Positions 10,211-21,442 are shown, counted from the stretch's first letter. The stretch: 64,000 nucleotides of DNA from an uncultured Spirochaetota bacterium (GCA_963783575.1 CAWAOD010000014.1:384001-448000), one strand, 5' to 3'. Notes: generated from the sequence alone by a model not told the origin. Numbers and translations are program-made.

Positions 10211-10289
10211 TGAACGTTAGTTCGGCGAGCGGCACGATGTCAATAGCTTTTATTTATTCAATAATAATGCCGAACGAATGTGCGGCGGC
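10206..10289. repeat. Imperfect 21-bp inverted repeat (possible terminator or attC-like junction)
   Basis: gccgctgaacgttagttcggc pairs with gccgaacgaatgtgcggcggc at 19 of 21 positions when G-U pairs are allowed; 42-nt spacer. Confidence 0.7.
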
Positions 10290-10306
10290 GATGTCGCAAG
10301 GGCTTG

Positions 10307-12289
10307 TTATTCCTTATAAATGCCCAATCCCTCGAACTTTTTTCCATTTGCACGGAAATATGACATGAAGAATTCATAATATTCAAGTCTCAGAGATTGT
10401 ATCGCTACAATTCCCCCTTCAAAACCGACGACAAAGAGGTTTCCGATAAGAATGATAAGCCATTGAACGGGAAGTATGTTCGACATTCCGGCAAGGATAA
10501 AGAAAGCCCCCATAAGTGCGGCATGGTTAAGCGCAAAGGCCCCGATTCTCATAAATGATATGGTTTTACTGATGAAAGAAATCAGGGTTTCAAAAACATC
10601 GACAAAACCAAGTATCATACTTGGCTTTTCTTCATGTTCACCTTCTTCGTGCTTGTGAGGAAAAAGGAGTTCTAGTCTTTTTTCTAAAAGTATCGCTATC
10701 ATACTTATTAAAATGATAATAATAATAGTTATATTTAAAATGCCGGAAAGTGGGAAACCCTTTCCGCTGATCAAAGAATAACCGATGTCGACAAGACCTA
10801 AATACAGCAGAAGTCCGGCAATTCCTGTGGTTGAAAAAAACAAACGCCCGTAATTCCTTTCAAGAATGCTGTTGATAATGCTGAGGATTGTTCCAAGTGT
10901 TATGATAACGGCACCGAAGGCAATAGTAACCATCAATATACCCATGATATTCCCGGAAGGATTCATCCATAGAGGTTTAAAAATATTCTCATGCCCAAAG
11001 ACGGAACCGTATAAAAAACCGAATATTATTGACGATAAGCCTACATAAAACACAACTGTGGCAAAGCTTTTCATCGATTTAAATTTCTTCACCAGCATAC
11101 CTGTCAATCCGATAAGGGCAAGAACAAAGCCATGGCCGACATCACCGAACATGGCGCCATACATTAAAACATAAGCGGCTGCGGCAAGAAGAGTCGGATC
11201 GATCTCTTTATAATTGGGTATTCCGAAAGTCGAAACCAGTCCTTCAAAAGGTTTTAAAAATTTTGGATTGGAAAATTTAGTCGGAGGAATAAGGCCTTCC
11301 TGAATCATCGCATCAATCGCATCCATAGATAGAAAAATACATCTGCCGAAAGTCATTTTTTCAATAGAATCCTTCAATGAATCGACTTCCTGGGCAGGAA
11401 CCCATCCTGAAAAAAGACGAACATTTGCGGTGGAAACCATTTCTCCTTTTAATTTTGACATTGATTGATAATATTGAATATTATATTTCAGATTATGAAT
11501 TACAGGAATTGATTTTACAAAAATTTTATGAAATCTACGCTCAAGCCAGATTTCCTCATCCTTTGAATATGATAGATCGAAAGCGAATTTAACAAGGCTT
11601 GATTTTCCATTCGGCTCAAGATCATAGGGTAAGCCATAATCCTTGAAATAGACATTCTTTAAAATTATTTCTATTTTGCTTTTTTCTTTAATAGGCGCCG
11701 CAAATAGTATCAATGCATCCGTACCTATGTTGTCTATAAACTGAACGGTAGATGGAATGATACTCATCGCAGAAATAAAGCCCTCATAGCTTGTTGACGG
11801 TACAACACCAAAACCCGCATAAAAATGTTCAAGGTCTTTAAGCCTTGTTAAATCCAGATTTGAACCGTAAAACAGGTTCATTTTCCTTATTTTTATTGCA
11901 ATATCATTTTGCCTGGATCTTAATTCTTCCAGCTTTATATTGTAATCATTCAAATCGGTTTCTATCTCTTTTATCTGTTCTTCAATTTGAAATTCATTTA
12001 TAACCACCGGTTCCGCAATGTAGTCAACTTCACCAATTTCAGAAGCTATCGAGTAATTTTCAAAAGTTGAATGTAAAAAATTAACCCTTCTTTCAAATTC
12101 CTGCAGTTTTGCTGAAAAATCATTTTCCGGTGTTTTTTCAAGAAGATACTTTTTTGCTTTTTCACCAGAAATCTCAATAACCTGAAAATCACCGAATTTG
12201 ACAATTTCTTTTGATACATTATCAGAAAATTTCTTATGGATGAAAACATCCACTTTCTTCATTCTTTGTGATACAAACATTATCGTCAC
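10307..12289 (-). CDS. ntpI: V/A-type ATPase subunit I (a)
   Basis: Motifs PPTKFSN, EIDPT, MFGDVGHG, SFMRIGAFALNHA and IQSLRLEYYEF. Confidence 0.93.
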   Translation of the reverse strand: MTIMFVSQRMKKVDVFIHKKFSDNVSKEIVKFGDFQVIEISGEKAKKYLLEKTPENDFSAKLQEFERRVNFLHSTFENYSIASEIGEVDYIAEPVVINEFQIEEQIKEIETDLNDYNIKLEELRSRQNDIAIKIRKMNLFYGSNLDLTRLKDLEHFYAGFGVVPSTSYEGFISAMSIIPSTVQFIDNIGTDALILFAAPIKEKSKIEIILKNVYFKDYGLPYDLEPNGKSSLVKFAFDLSYSKDEEIWLERRFHKIFVKSIPVIHNLKYNIQYYQSMSKLKGEMVSTANVRLFSGWVPAQEVDSLKDSIEKMTFGRCIFLSMDAIDAMIQEGLIPPTKFSNPKFLKPFEGLVSTFGIPNYKEIDPTLLAAAAYVLMYGAMFGDVGHGFVLALIGLTGMLVKKFKSMKSFATVVFYVGLSSIIFGFLYGSVFGHENIFKPLWMNPSGNIMGILMVTIAFGAVIITLGTILSIINSILERNYGRLFFSTTGIAGLLLYLGLVDIGYSLISGKGFPLSGILNITIIIIILISMIAILLEKRLELLFPHKHEEGEHEEKPSMILGFVDVFETLISFISKTISFMRIGAFALNHAALMGAFFILAGMSNILPVQWLIILIGNLFVVGFEGGIVAIQSLRLEYYEFFMSYFRANGKKFEGLGIYKE

Positions 12290-12349
12290 CCGCTACCTAA
12301 AATGGTAATCTATTAAGATTATGATTTTATTATATTATGATATTATGTT

Positions 12350-12415
12350 CGCTCCCTGAGTGTTTTTCGGTTTTCTTCTTGTTCTACTAGCCCGAAAAAT
12401 GTATCGAAGGGAGCG
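12350..12415. repeat. REP-like hairpin between ATPase subunits C and I
   Basis: Outer stem cgctccct/agggagcg, inner stem tttttcgg/ccgaaaaa; CCCTGAG...TCGAAGGG motif. Confidence 0.75.
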
Positions 12416-12425
12416 CAGATAAATC

Positions 12426-13424
12426 TCAAAAAGCAAGCAGATCCTTGATTTTCTCAATACTCACATTCAGCTTTTTACTCTCTAAAAGCATTATCAAATT
12501 TCTAACACTCAGAAAGTGAAGGATAATAAAACCTAAAAAAACCGCGAGGCTGAAAGGAGTGCCCCTGAGGTATCCCCTTGCTTTATCTGACAGATTCTTA
12601 TACATTTCTTTTTCTAAGAGATAATCCTCGGAATAATCCCTTTGAACAAATTTAAACGTTTTCAAATTAGCTACAAAATCATCGGCTTTTTCAGATTCAA
12701 TCAGTTTTTCATACCTTTTTCTTGATAAAACGTTCAAAATATTGGGAATAAGAGAAATAACCTGTTCGGTCTGCATACCGTAATTGAACCTGCTTCTATA
12801 TATCCATAAAATACGGTTGATTTCAAGAAAAAAGAAAATAAGTTCCTGCGCGACCTTTTTATCTTTAAGAGATAAATGAGAATATTGTTTTTTTAGATTT
12901 AGAGCATAATAATTATCAAGGTTCATTTCAAAATAAAAAGCGTTGTTTTCTTCTTTAACCCTGGGCAGTGAATCCTGAGCCAGACGGTAGTAATCGGTTC
13001 CTCCCAGAAACTCCTGCAGTTCTTCCAGTGTTTTTAGATCCTTGACCATTTCAATCTGAATTTTACTGAATTCTCCAAGCTGATATAAAAAACCGACTGG
13101 TTTTTGATTAATAATCGCCCTGGTTAAAATCTTAAGGTTGTCAATTTCATATATTTTTGACCATTCTTCTATAAAGTCTTTTGTGGTGCCGGAAAGAAAT
13201 CTCAATCCGCTTTTGATAAAGAAAAAGGATTCCTGTTTTAACAATCCTTCAATTTGAACGGTTTCATCCGATTGAATATCTATTTTCTTTGTCCGCTTTT
13301 TTAAATAAGCAAGATATTCGTTTAACGGCATTCTGGAAAGATCTTCCAGTTCATTTTCTTTAAGTAGAACCGGTATCCAGGATTTGACTTTTGAATAAAT
13401 AGAAGTATACTCTTCACCTATCAT
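12426..13424 (-). CDS. ntpC: V/A-type ATPase subunit C (d)
   Basis: YEIDNLKILTR, FEMNLDNYY and NRILWIYR segments; size and position in the operon. Confidence 0.8.
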   Translation of the reverse strand: MIGEEYTSIYSKVKSWIPVLLKENELEDLSRMPLNEYLAYLKKRTKKIDIQSDETVQIEGLLKQESFFFIKSGLRFLSGTTKDFIEEWSKIYEIDNLKILTRAIINQKPVGFLYQLGEFSKIQIEMVKDLKTLEELQEFLGGTDYYRLAQDSLPRVKEENNAFYFEMNLDNYYALNLKKQYSHLSLKDKKVAQELIFFFLEINRILWIYRSRFNYGMQTEQVISLIPNILNVLSRKRYEKLIESEKADDFVANLKTFKFVQRDYSEDYLLEKEMYKNLSDKARGYLRGTPFSLAVFLGFIILHFLSVRNLIMLLESKKLNVSIEKIKDLLAF

Positions 13425-13432
13425 ATCAGCCC

Positions 13433-13744
13433 CTATAACTCAAGGATAGTTTGTACTATTTTATCTTTCAAATCCTGCTTTCTTTTCTCCAGATTCTGTT
13501 TTTTAAGGACTATTTCATTCTGAATTTTTTTCTTCAGTTCATCTTCGTATATTGCAGCTTTTGACATGACAATACCGGTTTTTTCGCTCTTTTCCTTTTG
13601 AAAATCATTTTCGAATTCCTCGGCCAGAATTGTTATTTTTCTTCTTGTTGACACCAGGATACCCTGGGCCTCATTTTGAATATCCTGTTCTTTATTTTTC
13701 AGGTTTTCTTCAGTTTTTATAATAGTTTCTATCAATTCTATCAT
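13433..13744 (-). CDS. V/A-type ATPase stalk subunit G/H-like
   Basis: 103-aa charged coiled-coil protein next to subunit C. Confidence 0.6.
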   Translation of the reverse strand: MIELIETIIKTEENLKNKEQDIQNEAQGILVSTRRKITILAEEFENDFQKEKSEKTGIVMSKAAIYEDELKKKIQNEIVLKKQNLEKRKQDLKDKIVQTILEL

Positions 13745-14193
13745 AATTCATCTCCAACAACAATAACATCCTGGGGAGCAAAAAGCAGTATCTTCCTTTC
13801 CAGATCCGAGAATATATCCTTCATATACTCTCCTCCGCTTTTTTTAGCTATGCAGATGATCTTGTAAGGTTCATTGTCATGCTTTATATAATCTATAATC
13901 GCATCAAAAGGATTACCTTCCAGGAGGATTTCCGTAACCTTCACCCCTTCTGATTCCCCTTTTCTTTTTGCATAGCTTAAATACTTTTCGGTATTTTTTT
14001 TCATACTATCCGCAAATAAAGAAGATTCTTCCTTTAGAAAAATTTTATAACGCTCCAGCTTTAGAATCAATTCTCTGTTTATCACACAAATGGCTATAAC
14101 TTCCATATTAAATTCTTTTGCCATAGCAATTGCTTTTGTGACAGCTTTTCTTGACTCCGTAGATTCGGTAATCGGGACATATATCTTACCCAT
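13741..14193 (-). CDS. Universal stress protein (USP family)
   Basis: KIYVPITESTESRKAVTKA, LEGNPFDAIIDY and ILLFAPQDVIVV. Confidence 0.8.
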   Translation of the reverse strand: MGKIYVPITESTESRKAVTKAIAMAKEFNMEVIAICVINRELILKLERYKIFLKEESSLFADSMKKNTEKYLSYAKRKGESEGVKVTEILLEGNPFDAIIDYIKHDNEPYKIICIAKKSGGEYMKDIFSDLERKILLFAPQDVIVVGDEL

Positions 14194-14209
14194 AATTTAC
14201 CCCCATCTC

Positions 14210-14848
14210 CTATTCGTTGGCTGTCTCATGCGCGCTTTTAATTCTCTTCATCTGAAAAAAAGTTTCTCTCTCTCTTTCTTCCAGAGTATCCTGAATAAAT
14301 TTTATTATTTCTTTAAATTCGGGAATATATACATTTTCCAGAGCGTTGACTCGTCTCTGAGTTTTTTTAATTTCATAAGCGAGCCTCCAGGCCGCGGCCT
14401 CCACCTGGGCTACTTCAATAACAAGTTTGGTAAGTTCCCTGGCATTTTTGAAAAGCCGGTCGAAATTTATGTTTGTCGTATAAAACGATATATCCGGACG
14501 TACAGGAGCTTCTATTTTATCCTTATATTTTACATTGGGCAGATTTACGCCCATAATTCCCTTTTCATGGACATCCACATCCGGTATCATTTTATGCCCC
14601 AGCACGATCCTTTCAAGTTCATATTCGCCCATCTCGATCTCAACAAGCCTCAGGAGTTCATAGCTTTTTTTCAGCAATAAATTCAGCCTTTCACGCTGTT
14701 CCTTGATCTTTGATATTATCTCCACCAGGTGCATCACCAGCACTTCCCGCTTTTCTTCAAGCAGCGAATGTCCGTCAATTGAAAAAATCAACTGCGCTTT
14801 ATATTCAAAGAGATTTGTTTTGGTTGGAGCGATTTCAGACGGATTCAT
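14210..14848 (-). CDS. ntpD: V/A-type ATPase subunit D
   Basis: Motifs APTKTNL, GHSLLEEKREVL and KTQRRVNALE. Confidence 0.95.
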   Translation of the reverse strand: MNPSEIAPTKTNLFEYKAQLIFSIDGHSLLEEKREVLVMHLVEIISKIKEQRERLNLLLKKSYELLRLVEIEMGEYELERIVLGHKMIPDVDVHEKGIMGVNLPNVKYKDKIEAPVRPDISFYTTNINFDRLFKNARELTKLVIEVAQVEAAAWRLAYEIKKTQRRVNALENVYIPEFKEIIKFIQDTLEERERETFFQMKRIKSAHETANE

Positions 14849-14857
14849 AAATGACCC

Positions 14858-16255
14858 CTATTCCTGTTTTTCACCCATATAATACTTTTGTATTTCTTCT
14901 TCCTTTAACCCTGACAATTCGGTTTTAGGCAGCATAGAAACCATTTTCCATCCCAGGTTCAGACTGTCTTCCATCGACCTGTCCTCGTGAAAACCCTGTC
15001 CTATAAATTCCCTTTCAAAACGATCGCCGAACTTCAAATACGCCTGGTCTACCTTGCCCAATTCCTCTTCACCGACAATTGATGCGATCGAACGTACCTC
15101 TTTAACTCTTGCATAGCTTGCGTAAAGCTGCATAAAGAGATGGGGATGATCGTCCCTGGTGTATCCTTTACCGATACTGTCCTTCATTAATCTTGAAAGC
15201 GACGGAAGAATGTCCGAAGCCGGGTAAATGCCTTTTCCGTTAAGTTCCCTGCTCAGTACAATCTGGCCTTCTGTGATATATCCTGTCAGATCGGGAACCG
15301 GGTGTGTTATATCATCATTGGGCATGGTTAAAATCGGTACCTGGGTTATGCTCCCAACTCTACCTTTAACCCTTCCGGCTCTTTCGTAAAGCGTAGAAAG
15401 GTCGCTGTACATATAACCCGGAAAGCCTTTCCTGGCAGGTACTTCACCCCTTGCGTTGGCAATTTCTCTCAAAGCCTCGCAGTAACTCGTCATATCTGTC
15501 AGAATAACAAGGACATGCTTGCCTTTCTCGTAAGCCAGGTATTCCGCGGCTGTAAGAGCCACCCGGGGAGTAATTATCCTTTCTATTGAAGGATCGTCGG
15601 CAAGGTTAAGATACATTACAACATTCTTTAGTGAACCTGTCTCTTCAAAATTATTTATAAAGAAAAACGCGTCATCGTGCTTGATCCCCATTGCCGCAAA
15701 TACAACTGCAAAGTTTCCTGTTTCTTCCCCGGGGAGTTTGGCCTGGGCTGCGATCTGAGCGGCCAATTCGTTGTGAGGAAGTCCCGCCGCTGAAAATATC
15801 GGCAGCTTCTGACCTCTCACAAGCGTATTCATCAAATCTATAGTTGATACGCCCGTTTCTATGTATTCACGGGGATATGCCCTCATCACCGGGTTTAACG
15901 GCTCGCCGTTCACATTTTTTCTCACCTCGGGAATGATATCGGCTAAACCGTCAGACGGCCTGCCGAGTCCGTCAAATACCCTGCCGAGAATATTTTCAGA
16001 CAACCCGATTTCCAGTGGTTTACCTGTAAAAAGCACCCTTGATTTCTTCGGGTTGATGCCGCTTGTACCTTCAAAAAGCTGGATAACAACAGCGTCATCC
16101 GATGTTTCCAGCACTTTGCCATGCCGAACGGTTCCATCAGGCAGTTTGATCTCCACCAATTCATCGTAGCCGATGCCTTTCATACCTTTAACAACCGCTA
16201 ACGGCCCATTTATACCGGCAATACCAATGTGTTCTTTTATCATTTCCACAGGCAT
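14858..16255 (-). CDS. ntpB: V/A-type ATPase subunit B
   Basis: Motifs [19 protein letters not shown] and PNDDITHP. Confidence 0.97.
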   Translation of the reverse strand: MPVEMIKEHIGIAGINGPLAVVKGMKGIGYDELVEIKLPDGTVRHGKVLETSDDAVVIQLFEGTSGINPKKSRVLFTGKPLEIGLSENILGRVFDGLGRPSDGLADIIPEVRKNVNGEPLNPVMRAYPREYIETGVSTIDLMNTLVRGQKLPIFSAAGLPHNELAAQIAAQAKLPGEETGNFAVVFAAMGIKHDDAFFFINNFEETGSLKNVVMYLNLADDPSIERIITPRVALTAAEYLAYEKGKHVLVILTDMTSYCEALREIANARGEVPARKGFPGYMYSDLSTLYERAGRVKGRVGSITQVPILTMPNDDITHPVPDLTGYITEGQIVLSRELNGKGIYPASDILPSLSRLMKDSIGKGYTRDDHPHLFMQLYASYARVKEVRSIASIVGEEELGKVDQAYLKFGDRFEREFIGQGFHEDRSMEDSLNLGWKMVSMLPKTELSGLKEEEIQKYYMGEKQE

Positions 16256-16278
16256 TTTACCACTCCAAAAATCTAATA

Positions 16279-18054
16279 TTATTCTTTATATACTTCTTCA
16301 AGGGTTTCGAATTCTTTAATCATAAACTTTTCAATTTCATCGATTTCCTGCAGCTTATCATTCGGAACACTCATTTTAATCCGGATAATTCTGGTTATGC
16401 ACTGCATTTCTTTAATCTCAAAAATCGGGGCACCCATTCTTATAACATCTGCGGCCCTGTCAAAGAATTTCAACATCAATTTTAACATTTTCAGCTGTTT
16501 ATCCGGGGTTGAATAAGTATCTATATCGTCATACGCGCCCTGTTGAAGGAAACCAAGCTTGATGATCCTGGCAACCTCAAGATAAAGCCTCTCACTATCC
16601 GGAAGGGCGTCCGGACCTATAAGTTTGACAATCTTCTGCAGTTTGTCCTCTTTTTGTAGAATTTCAAAAGATCTGTTTCGGATATCAAAATACTCTTTGG
16701 ATACATTTTTATCCCACCATTCCCTGCATTCTTCAACATACTGGCTGTAGCTTCTGATCCAGTTTATCGAGGGATAATGGCGGCTGCTGGCCAGCGTTTT
16801 ATCGAGTTCCCAGAAACAACGGACAAATCTTTTAGTATTTTGAGTGACAGGTTCGGAAAAATCCCCCCCGGGAGGAGAAACCGCGCCAATTGCTGTGATG
16901 GAGCCTTCTAACCCGGATTTTACTTTTACATAACCCGCTCTTTCGTAGAAAGCGGCGAGCTTAGAGCCAAGATAAGCCGGGAAACCTTCTTCAGCGGGCA
17001 TTTCCTCAAGCCTTCCCGAAAGTTCCCTCAACGCCTCAGCCCATCTTGAGGTTGAATCCGCCATTAAAGCGACATCATAACCCATATCACGGTAGTATTC
17101 CGCAAGCGTTATACCTGTATATATTGAGGCTTCCCTTGCCGTTACAGGCATATTCGAAGTGTTAGCAATCAAAATGGTTCTTTCCATCAATGGTTTACCG
17201 GTACGAGGATCGATTAATTTTGGAAAATCCTCAAGAACTTCTGTAATTTCGTTTCCTCTTTCCCCGCATCCGATGTATACTATCACCTGCGCGTCAGCCC
17301 ATTTGGCAAGCTGGTGCTGGGTTATAGTTTTACCGGTGCCGAAACCACCGGGAATCCCTGCTGTTCCGCCTTTTGCAATCGGGAAGAATACGTCCACCAC
17401 CCTCTGCCCGGTTAAGAGCGGTATGGTAGGCTTCATTCTCTGCATAATCGGCCTAGGAAATTTTACAGCCCAGCGATGATAGAGTTTAACCTCAACTTCT
17501 TCATCCTGATCGTTTTTGACAACAGCGATTACGTCATTTAATGTATAGTCCCCTTCTTTTACAATATTTAAAATCGTACAGTTTAAATTCGGCTCCAGCA
17601 AAATCTTGTGTTCGATTATGCTTGTTTCAGGAACCTTTCCAATTATCGATCCTCCGGTTAATTTCGCTCCGGCGGCAACTGCCGGTGTAAAGTGCCATTT
17701 CCTGTTTCTGTCAAGAGATGAGACATTAATACCTCTTCCAATATATATTCCGCTTCTTTTGGCAATTTCTTCCAGCGGTCGCTGAATACCATCAAAAATA
17801 TTTCCGATAATTCCAGGCCCTAATTCAACTGACAACGGTAAGCCTGTCCCAAAAATATCGTCTCCGGGTTTTACTCCGCTGGTATCCTCATAGACCTGAA
17901 CTGTCGCAAACTCACCCTGTATGCTCAAAACCTCACCGATCAGATGATATTCGGAAACTTCAACAAGTTCCATCATCTTAAGCATGTCAAACAATTCCGC
18001 TTTAACGATCGGGCCGTTTACTTTAATAATCTTTCCAACCGCCTTATTTTCCAT
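16279..18054 (-). CDS. ntpA: V/A-type ATPase subunit A
   Basis: Walker [29 protein letters not shown] and [13 protein letters not shown] at 18054 chosen from the GAGG RBS. Confidence 0.97.
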   Translation of the reverse strand: MENKAVGKIIKVNGPIVKAELFDMLKMMELVEVSEYHLIGEVLSIQGEFATVQVYEDTSGVKPGDDIFGTGLPLSVELGPGIIGNIFDGIQRPLEEIAKRSGIYIGRGINVSSLDRNRKWHFTPAVAAGAKLTGGSIIGKVPETSIIEHKILLEPNLNCTILNIVKEGDYTLNDVIAVVKNDQDEEVEVKLYHRWAVKFPRPIMQRMKPTIPLLTGQRVVDVFFPIAKGGTAGIPGGFGTGKTITQHQLAKWADAQVIVYIGCGERGNEITEVLEDFPKLIDPRTGKPLMERTILIANTSNMPVTAREASIYTGITLAEYYRDMGYDVALMADSTSRWAEALRELSGRLEEMPAEEGFPAYLGSKLAAFYERAGYVKVKSGLEGSITAIGAVSPPGGDFSEPVTQNTKRFVRCFWELDKTLASSRHYPSINWIRSYSQYVEECREWWDKNVSKEYFDIRNRSFEILQKEDKLQKIVKLIGPDALPDSERLYLEVARIIKLGFLQQGAYDDIDTYSTPDKQLKMLKLMLKFFDRAADVIRMGAPIFEIKEMQCITRIIRIKMSVPNDKLQEIDEIEKFMIKEFETLEEVYKE

Positions 18055-18089
18055 AATCATCCTCAAAATACATAATAATTGACTCTATG

Positions 18090-18794
18090 TTATTTTTGAA
18101 CCGCCCTGATTATACCCATTGGGGTTTGCTCCCTTGACTGTCCCAGGGGATTATCCCTGAGAATGCCGAAAAGACTGTCTTTATCAAGCGATTTATCCGA
18201 CCTTCCCAGAATTTTACCTCCAAGATCGTTCAAATCCACAATTATAACTTTCACGTTAATTGTTTTACTGACTCTTTCAGCGGCCTTATCCGGTTTATCC
18301 GGGCCTAAAACCACATATGTATTATATGGGGGCAATGTATTGTAAGTCGGCCCGTCTATCGATGACGCTTTATAACCGGCGACCCTGTAAAAATCCCCCT
18401 TCCTGCCCAGAAGTTTTCCAAGAAAACCTATAAATGCCGCAAATAAAATCCTTATGACTCCGCATTCCTTGAGTGCCATCTCCATAGTTTCAGGTATTCC
18501 CAGCCCAATACCGGCCGGTGTCTTTGTAACATGGTTTGAAAGAAATATGGCGAGAGGCCTGGGTTTGATTTCTTTCACCGGGAAAGCCCTTCCCTGGGTA
18601 ATCGCAACGGCTTTTTCGCTGATAAAAAGTATGTCTCCGGGCTGAAGAATATTTAACGCGTATTTTTTAGCTATTTCCGCAATATCTTCTCCCTTTACTA
18701 TCACATGAGTTTTTATTGGAATCCTTAAATAAGATTTTCTCTCAAACTCAATTTCCGCCATTTTTTCTTTCGTATTATTCTTTATATCTTGCAT
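18090..18794 (-). CDS. CofE/F420-0:gamma-glutamyl ligase-like protein
   Basis: Motifs IPIKTH, FISEKAVAITQGR, IDG, VDLNDLG and DNPLGQSREQTP. Confidence 0.8.
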   Translation of the reverse strand: MQDIKNNTKEKMAEIEFERKSYLRIPIKTHVIVKGEDIAEIAKKYALNILQPGDILFISEKAVAITQGRAFPVKEIKPRPLAIFLSNHVTKTPAGIGLGIPETMEMALKECGVIRILFAAFIGFLGKLLGRKGDFYRVAGYKASSIDGPTYNTLPPYNTYVVLGPDKPDKAAERVSKTINVKVIIVDLNDLGGKILGRSDKSLDKDSLFGILRDNPLGQSREQTPMGIIRAVQK

Positions 18795-18826
18795 TATAAC
18801 AACCTTATGACCACATATATTAGTAG

Positions 18827-19417
18827 CTAGCTGCCAGTGACTGACATTGACTCGGATATCATTTTAATAAATCCTGGCTTCAGCTTATTAAATATATTTT
18901 CCAGTGAATTATCGATATAGGAATCACCGGCAATGCCAATTACGCCACCCATAATTTTTACAGGAGGTAATAACGACAGTTTTTGATTAAATGCTTTATT
19001 GATTTCATTAAAAAAGGACTCATCCTCTTTATTCAGAGAAATTCCTATATTATCCACACCAATTATATTGATGGTATTCGATATCAATTTAATCAAAAAA
19101 CCTTTGTATTTTTCAGGATTATTTTTCAGGAACTGGAATAATTCATGACAAGATTCGTTTAACAGATTGTCGATTAATTCAACTTCAATTTTCTGTTTTT
19201 CCCGGTAAGCGTCAAGCTCGGCTTTTGCCATGAGTTTGGAAGTCAAACGCTTTAAATCGGATTCCAGAGTGTTTTTCTGCTTTGCATAATAAGCGTTCAA
19301 TTCCTCCATTTTATCAACAAGGACTTTATCAGCCTGCATTTTTGCCTGGTTTAATATATCATTATTAACAGCCTCAGAATCTTTATTAATCTCATCCAGA
19401 ATCTCTTGTAAACCCAT
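18827..19417 (-). CDS. ntpE: V/A-type ATPase subunit E
   Basis: MGLQEIL start, coiled coil, and IMGGVI...IDNSLE. Confidence 0.85.
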   Translation of the reverse strand: MGLQEILDEINKDSEAVNNDILNQAKMQADKVLVDKMEELNAYYAKQKNTLESDLKRLTSKLMAKAELDAYREKQKIEVELIDNLLNESCHELFQFLKNNPEKYKGFLIKLISNTINIIGVDNIGISLNKEDESFFNEINKAFNQKLSLLPPVKIMGGVIGIAGDSYIDNSLENIFNKLKPGFIKMISESMSVTGS

Positions 19418-19432
19418 AATTCCACCTTCAGG

Positions 19433-19744
19433 CTATATTCTGATACCAACAGCTTCTTTTATATAATCAGCGAGGTTTTTCATCGCTTCAACAGGACCCC
19501 TCGCACCGGGAATATCCAGAACCAGCGGAAGATCTTTTGAAAACCTTAGCTGCATAATAGCTTCCGAAGCCCACTGAGAGACCTCTTCGGTAACAATCAA
19601 AATACCGTAACTTTTTGATTTTTTAATCCTTCTGATCTCCTCGATAGCCTCATCCTGATTCTCAATCACTTTCCCCTCAGCGCCTTCAAGCGCAAAAAGG
19701 AGAACGCTTTCTTTATCCCCTAAAACAATTGTCCTCATACTCAA
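19433..19744 (-). CDS. ntpF: V/A-type ATPase subunit F
   Basis: VLGDKESVLLFALEG, PLVLDIP and IKEAVGIRI. Confidence 0.88.
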   Translation of the reverse strand: MSMRTIVLGDKESVLLFALEGAEGKVIENQDEAIEEIRRIKKSKSYGILIVTEEVSQWASEAIMQLRFSKDLPLVLDIPGARGPVEAMKNLADYIKEAVGIRI

Positions 19745-19777
19745 TTACCCGATATTAAAGCCGTACAAATAATCCGG

Positions 19778-20239
<462 letters not shown>

Positions 20240-20270
20240 TTATCCTCCAAAAATATTCTATTCTGAAAAT

Positions 20271-20299
20271 ATTATATATCTAATTTATTATAAAATCAA
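20271..20299 (-). promoter_or_regulatory. Putative sigma70 promoter of the ATPase operon
   Basis: The minus strand reads TTGATT-N17-TATAAT, about 35 nt upstream of the subunit K start. Confidence 0.55.
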
Positions 20300-20357
20300 T
20301 AATAATATTATTGCTATCGGTAATAATACATGATTAACAATTTGAATCAATTATAAA

Positions 20358-20933
20358 CTACCACTTTTCATTCTGGTATATAAGTGACAGGAATTCACTT
20401 CTGGTCGTATGTGATTTCCTGAAAACCCCAAGCACGGAAGATGTTATCATATTTGAATTCTGTTTTTCCACACCTCTCATCATCATGCACAGGTGCCTTG
20501 CTTCAATGACAACACCCACTCCCAAAGCATTTATATTCTCCTTAATCGCGTGAGCAATCTGATCAGTTAGCCTTTCCTGGATTTGCAGTCTTCTTGAAAA
20601 CATATTCACAATCCTTGCCAGTTTACTGGCTCCGAAAACTTTTCCATCGGCAATATAACCGATATGACAACGTCCATAGAACGGCAGCATATGATGCTCG
20701 CACATACTGTATACTTCAATATCTTTAACAATAATCATATTACTGGTTTCCTGAATAAAGATCGCTTTATTAATCACATCTTTGATATCAGTATTATAAC
20801 CGGAGGTTAAAAATTTTAAAGACTCAGCAAATCTGTGAGGGGTTTTTACCAGTCCGTCCCTGTCCGGATCTTCCCCTATTTCGATTAAAATCTCCCGAAC
20901 CAATCTTTCAATTTTTTTGTTGTCCATTTTCAA
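20358..20933 (-). CDS. folE: GTP cyclohydrolase I
   Basis: Motifs [22 protein letters not shown] and HLCMMMRGV. Confidence 0.96.
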   Translation of the reverse strand: MKMDNKKIERLVREILIEIGEDPDRDGLVKTPHRFAESLKFLTSGYNTDIKDVINKAIFIQETSNMIIVKDIEVYSMCEHHMLPFYGRCHIGYIADGKVFGASKLARIVNMFSRRLQIQERLTDQIAHAIKENINALGVGVVIEARHLCMMMRGVEKQNSNMITSSVLGVFRKSHTTRSEFLSLIYQNEKW

Positions 20934-21438
20934 TAATCCTCCTGAGTATTTCAGTATAATGTAATAAAGGCCGCATCAGCCGGCCATCAAATCTTTCGGC
21001 AATTTTACGGATCGGAATATTAAATTCAGGTAAAATAAGTGCGGGAAATAATTCAAATAAAGGGATCGCTATAAAAGGCCTTTCCATAATTTCCGGATCG
21101 GGAATATCCAATTTTCCATTATGTATTACTTCATGATCGTACAAAAGTAAATCCAGGTCAATCAATCTTGCGGCAAACTTATCGGTTGAACGCTTACGGC
21201 CAATTTCGGCTTCAATTTTTCTCAATATAGAATATTTTAATTCATAAGGCGGCACGTCCGTTTCAATCATTAAAACTCCATTATAATATGCCGGCTGTTC
21301 CGGTCGCTCAACAGGCAATGTTTTGTAAAATGTTGAAATTCTACGAATAAAAACTTTTAATAAAAGAAGCCTTATAGCTTTTTCAATATTCTTACCGGGA
21401 TTAATGTTTGACCCTGTTCCGATAAATGCCGAAGACAT
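20908..21438 (-). CDS. folK: 6-hydroxymethyl-7,8-dihydropterin pyrophosphokinase
   Basis: Motifs [21 protein letters not shown] and ERPF. Confidence 0.92.
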   Translation of the reverse strand: MSSAFIGTGSNINPGKNIEKAIRLLLLKVFIRRISTFYKTLPVERPEQPAYYNGVLMIETDVPPYELKYSILRKIEAEIGRKRSTDKFAARLIDLDLLLYDHEVIHNGKLDIPDPEIMERPFIAIPLFELFPALILPEFNIPIRKIAERFDGRLMRPLLHYTEILRRIIENGQQKN

Positions 21439-21442
21439 AATA

